Below, piece after piece: positions 62,289-64,000 of a stretch of DNA of 64,000 nt (positions within the stretch are counted from its first letter, which is position 1; every line of letters begins with the position of its first letter). Under the pieces are notes generated by a model. It was not told where the DNA came from, did not search any database, and saw only the letters and a program-made list of their open reading frames with translations. A program made the position numbers and the translations under genes. The DNA is from an uncultured bacterium (lineage in GTDB: Bacteria; Patescibacteriota; Minisyncoccia; Phycocordibacterales; UBA9973): positions 41,011 through 105,010 of the forward strand of contig CAITGV010000005.1 of NCBI GenBank assembly GCA_903892035.1, in the 5' to 3' direction.

Positions 62289-63354
62289 TTTTTTTAACTT
62301 CTTGAGCGAGATATGGGTCCCACATTGCGCCCGTGGCCGACATCACTGCGTCGGCACCGGCTTTCATATACATTTTATAGTCATCAACATTCATCACTCC
62401 CCCAACTCCAATAATTTTAAAATTTCCTCCAATTTCTTCTCTGGCCTTTTTTAATTTTTTTACCATTTCAAGTCCTGCCCAGCGTATACTTGCTCCACAA
62501 ACTCCAGAACGCGAACGGTTATTCCCTGGTAGTGCTTGTTTTCCATTTTCATCTACAATTTCAGCTTGAATAGTATTTATAGCAGAAATTCCTTGTGTAT
62601 ATTTTTGTGCAATTAGAGCAAGTCTTTTTACGTCTTCGTCATTTTTATAATATCCAACTTTAATAATGAAAGGCGTATTTCCCACTTCTTTTTTTATTGC
62701 TTCGCAAACTCTCTCCGTCATATCTAGGTTGTAGCAAACAAGGCCTTCATTTCCAATATTTGGACATGACAAATTTGTCTCCAAAATTTTTGCGCCAGTT
62801 TGCATTGCTTGCCTTGCAGAGAGAGCATAATCTGCGACAAATTCATCGGCAGTTTGATTTTCTTTGACTGTGCCCATAAAAGAAAGTACCAGGACTTGCC
62901 CAGGACCTGCATAGGAAATAGCTTTTTTGACATCTTCAATCCAAATATTTGGATCCTTTGATGGTACACCGAAAGAATTTGTAATTGAAAGTGGTTCTTT
63001 GTAGTCATGATCGGCAACAAGTTTTTGTTGTGCTTTTTCTGGCGTTAAATCACCTTCTACTTTTACAGATAAAACATTTGGAAAAGGATGGCTAGGAAAA
63101 ATTCCCGAGCGTACAGTTTTGTAAACACAAATATCAAAACCTTTTTCAAATGCACCTTTGCAAAAATTGCTATTTAAAAGTGGCCCCGCAGGAATTCCAA
63201 ATAATGAATTTACTTTTACTCCCAAAAAATCCTTCGGCCCGCCTTGTGCAACACTCGGTGTTGCACAAATACCATCAGCAAAAGCACCAAACGGTCCTTC
63301 CGCAAAGTTTTCTTCATAGCTCTTTTCCGGATCATAAAACGGTGTTTGTAACAT
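62281..63354 (-). CDS. pyrD: Dihydroorotate dehydrogenase-family flavoprotein (class 1-like; DHOD/DPD family)
   Basis: 357 aa TIM barrel with NLSCPN, a catalytic Cys loop and C-terminal ..IGVGGVMNVDDYKMYMKAGADAV.. FMN-binding motifs. It lies away from the pyr operon, so its exact substrate is not certain. Confidence 0.65.
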   Translation of the reverse strand: MLQTPFYDPEKSYEENFAEGPFGAFADGICATPSVAQGGPKDFLGVKVNSLFGIPAGPLLNSNFCKGAFEKGFDICVYKTVRSGIFPSHPFPNVLSVKVEGDLTPEKAQQKLVADHDYKEPLSITNSFGVPSKDPNIWIEDVKKAISYAGPGQVLVLSFMGTVKENQTADEFVADYALSARQAMQTGAKILETNLSCPNIGNEGLVCYNLDMTERVCEAIKKEVGNTPFIIKVGYYKNDEDVKRLALIAQKYTQGISAINTIQAEIVDENGKQALPGNNRSRSGVCGASIRWAGLEMVKKLKKAREEIGGNFKIIGVGGVMNVDDYKMYMKAGADAVMSATGAMWDPYLAQEVKKII

Positions 63355-63393
63355 ATCGTTTATTTTATACTAATTCCCCTTTTGTGCAATATA

Positions 63394-64000
63394 TTACGCA
63401 AATGCTAAAAGCACCACACCAAGTATAAAACAAGCAAATGCAATGCGTTTGCGCGAAGAAAAACTTTCTTTCATTATAAAAATTCCCCACAATGCAGCTA
63501 TCACATACCCTCCACCTCGAATTGCAAGCACATATGAAGTTGGACCATTTGCAAAAGCGAGCATGCTTGCAGTAAAGGAAATCGCTTGAAAAACTCCAAG
63601 TAGCATCAAAGGCCAAAAAATATTTCCAATTTTTTTAATTTCATTTTTTTCTTTATACACATACATCAAAATAATAAACATAATTGATGCACCAAGTGTA
63701 TTCATAAAACTATAGAATACTGGAGTCGATGCAGAAATTGAAATTTTATCGAGAGTGGAGCCAATAGCAATTCCAACTGTTGTGATTATCATCCAAAGTT
63801 CGGGTTTACTTTTCATGTGTGTTCCTTTCTTCTTAAGTAACAAAAAAGTTCCGAAAATTATTCCAGCAACACCAAAAATCCCTGCTATTGAAGGAACTTC
63901 ATGAAGTAATAGAAAAGAAGTTATAACATTGAATGCTGGAACAAGCGCCAAAATAGGTGTAACCGAAGAAAGCTCGCCTTCTCTCATTGAGCGATACATA
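63394..64000 (-). CDS. EamA/DMT-family transporter (partial; N-terminus beyond the window)
   Basis: 201 aa shown, multi-TM, with a duplicated EamA-like hydrophobic repeat. The ORF continues past the window end. Confidence 0.55.
   Translation of the reverse strand, partial: MYRSMREGELSSVTPILALVPAFNVITSFLLLHEVPSIAGIFGVAGIIFGTFLLLKKKGTHMKSKPELWMIITTVGIAIGSTLDKISISASTPVFYSFMNTLGASIMFIILMYVYKEKNEIKKIGNIFWPLMLLGVFQAISFTASMLAFANGPTSYVLAIRGGGYVIAALWGIFIMKESFSSRKRIAFACFILGVVLLAFA

Overview
This window is an AT-rich, densely packed bacterial chromosome segment. About 85% of genes lie on the minus strand and many overlap by 1-8 nt. Gene content points to a small-genome Patescibacteria/CPR-like organism: fragmented dcw cluster, short primary sigma factor, short Rel, many small membrane proteins. 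This assignment is inference only. TGA is used as a stop (serS/ftsQ ATGA overlap), so the standard code applies. The window is almost entirely housekeeping: dnaJ, rmuC, prs, the mraZ-rsmH-ftsL-ftsI-murF part of the dcw cluster, lysS, greA, mrdA, a pyrC-carA-carB-pyrB operon, dnaX, guaB, dus, ftsQ, serS, dprA, topA, rel, parB, murB, murA, miaA, a pyrD-like gene and 3 tRNAs (Glu-CTC, Gln-TTG, Leu-CAA). There is no CRISPR array, transposase, integrase or phage gene. Features beyond routine annotation, each given as a separate finding below: (1) a PaaX-like wHTH + Cas2-like-fold regulator gene flanked by perfect 36-bp inverted repeats that sit in the dnaJ and rmuC upstream regions; (2) a two-member hairpin family with an identical 17-nt loop and covarying 16-24-bp stems, placed 9-12 nt after the dprA and rel stop codons; (3) a GTGGG-box array upstream of mraZ plus TAGACATT repeats in its 5' UTR; (4) a leader-peptide/attenuator-like terminator ahead of the pyr operon; (5) an XRE-HTH::MurA fusion divergent from murB; (6) an FNR-like-FAD/NAD::PAS-PAS protein in an operon with a PAS histidine kinase, two receiver-only regulators and two nucleases; (7) an ECF-sigma-led envelope operon containing a MacB/HlyD exporter, a CPBP protease and paralogous Gly-rich small proteins; (8) an ApbE/FMN-bind/DoxX flavinylation module; (9) short GC-rich in-frame insertions or repeats in rsmH, topA and carB.
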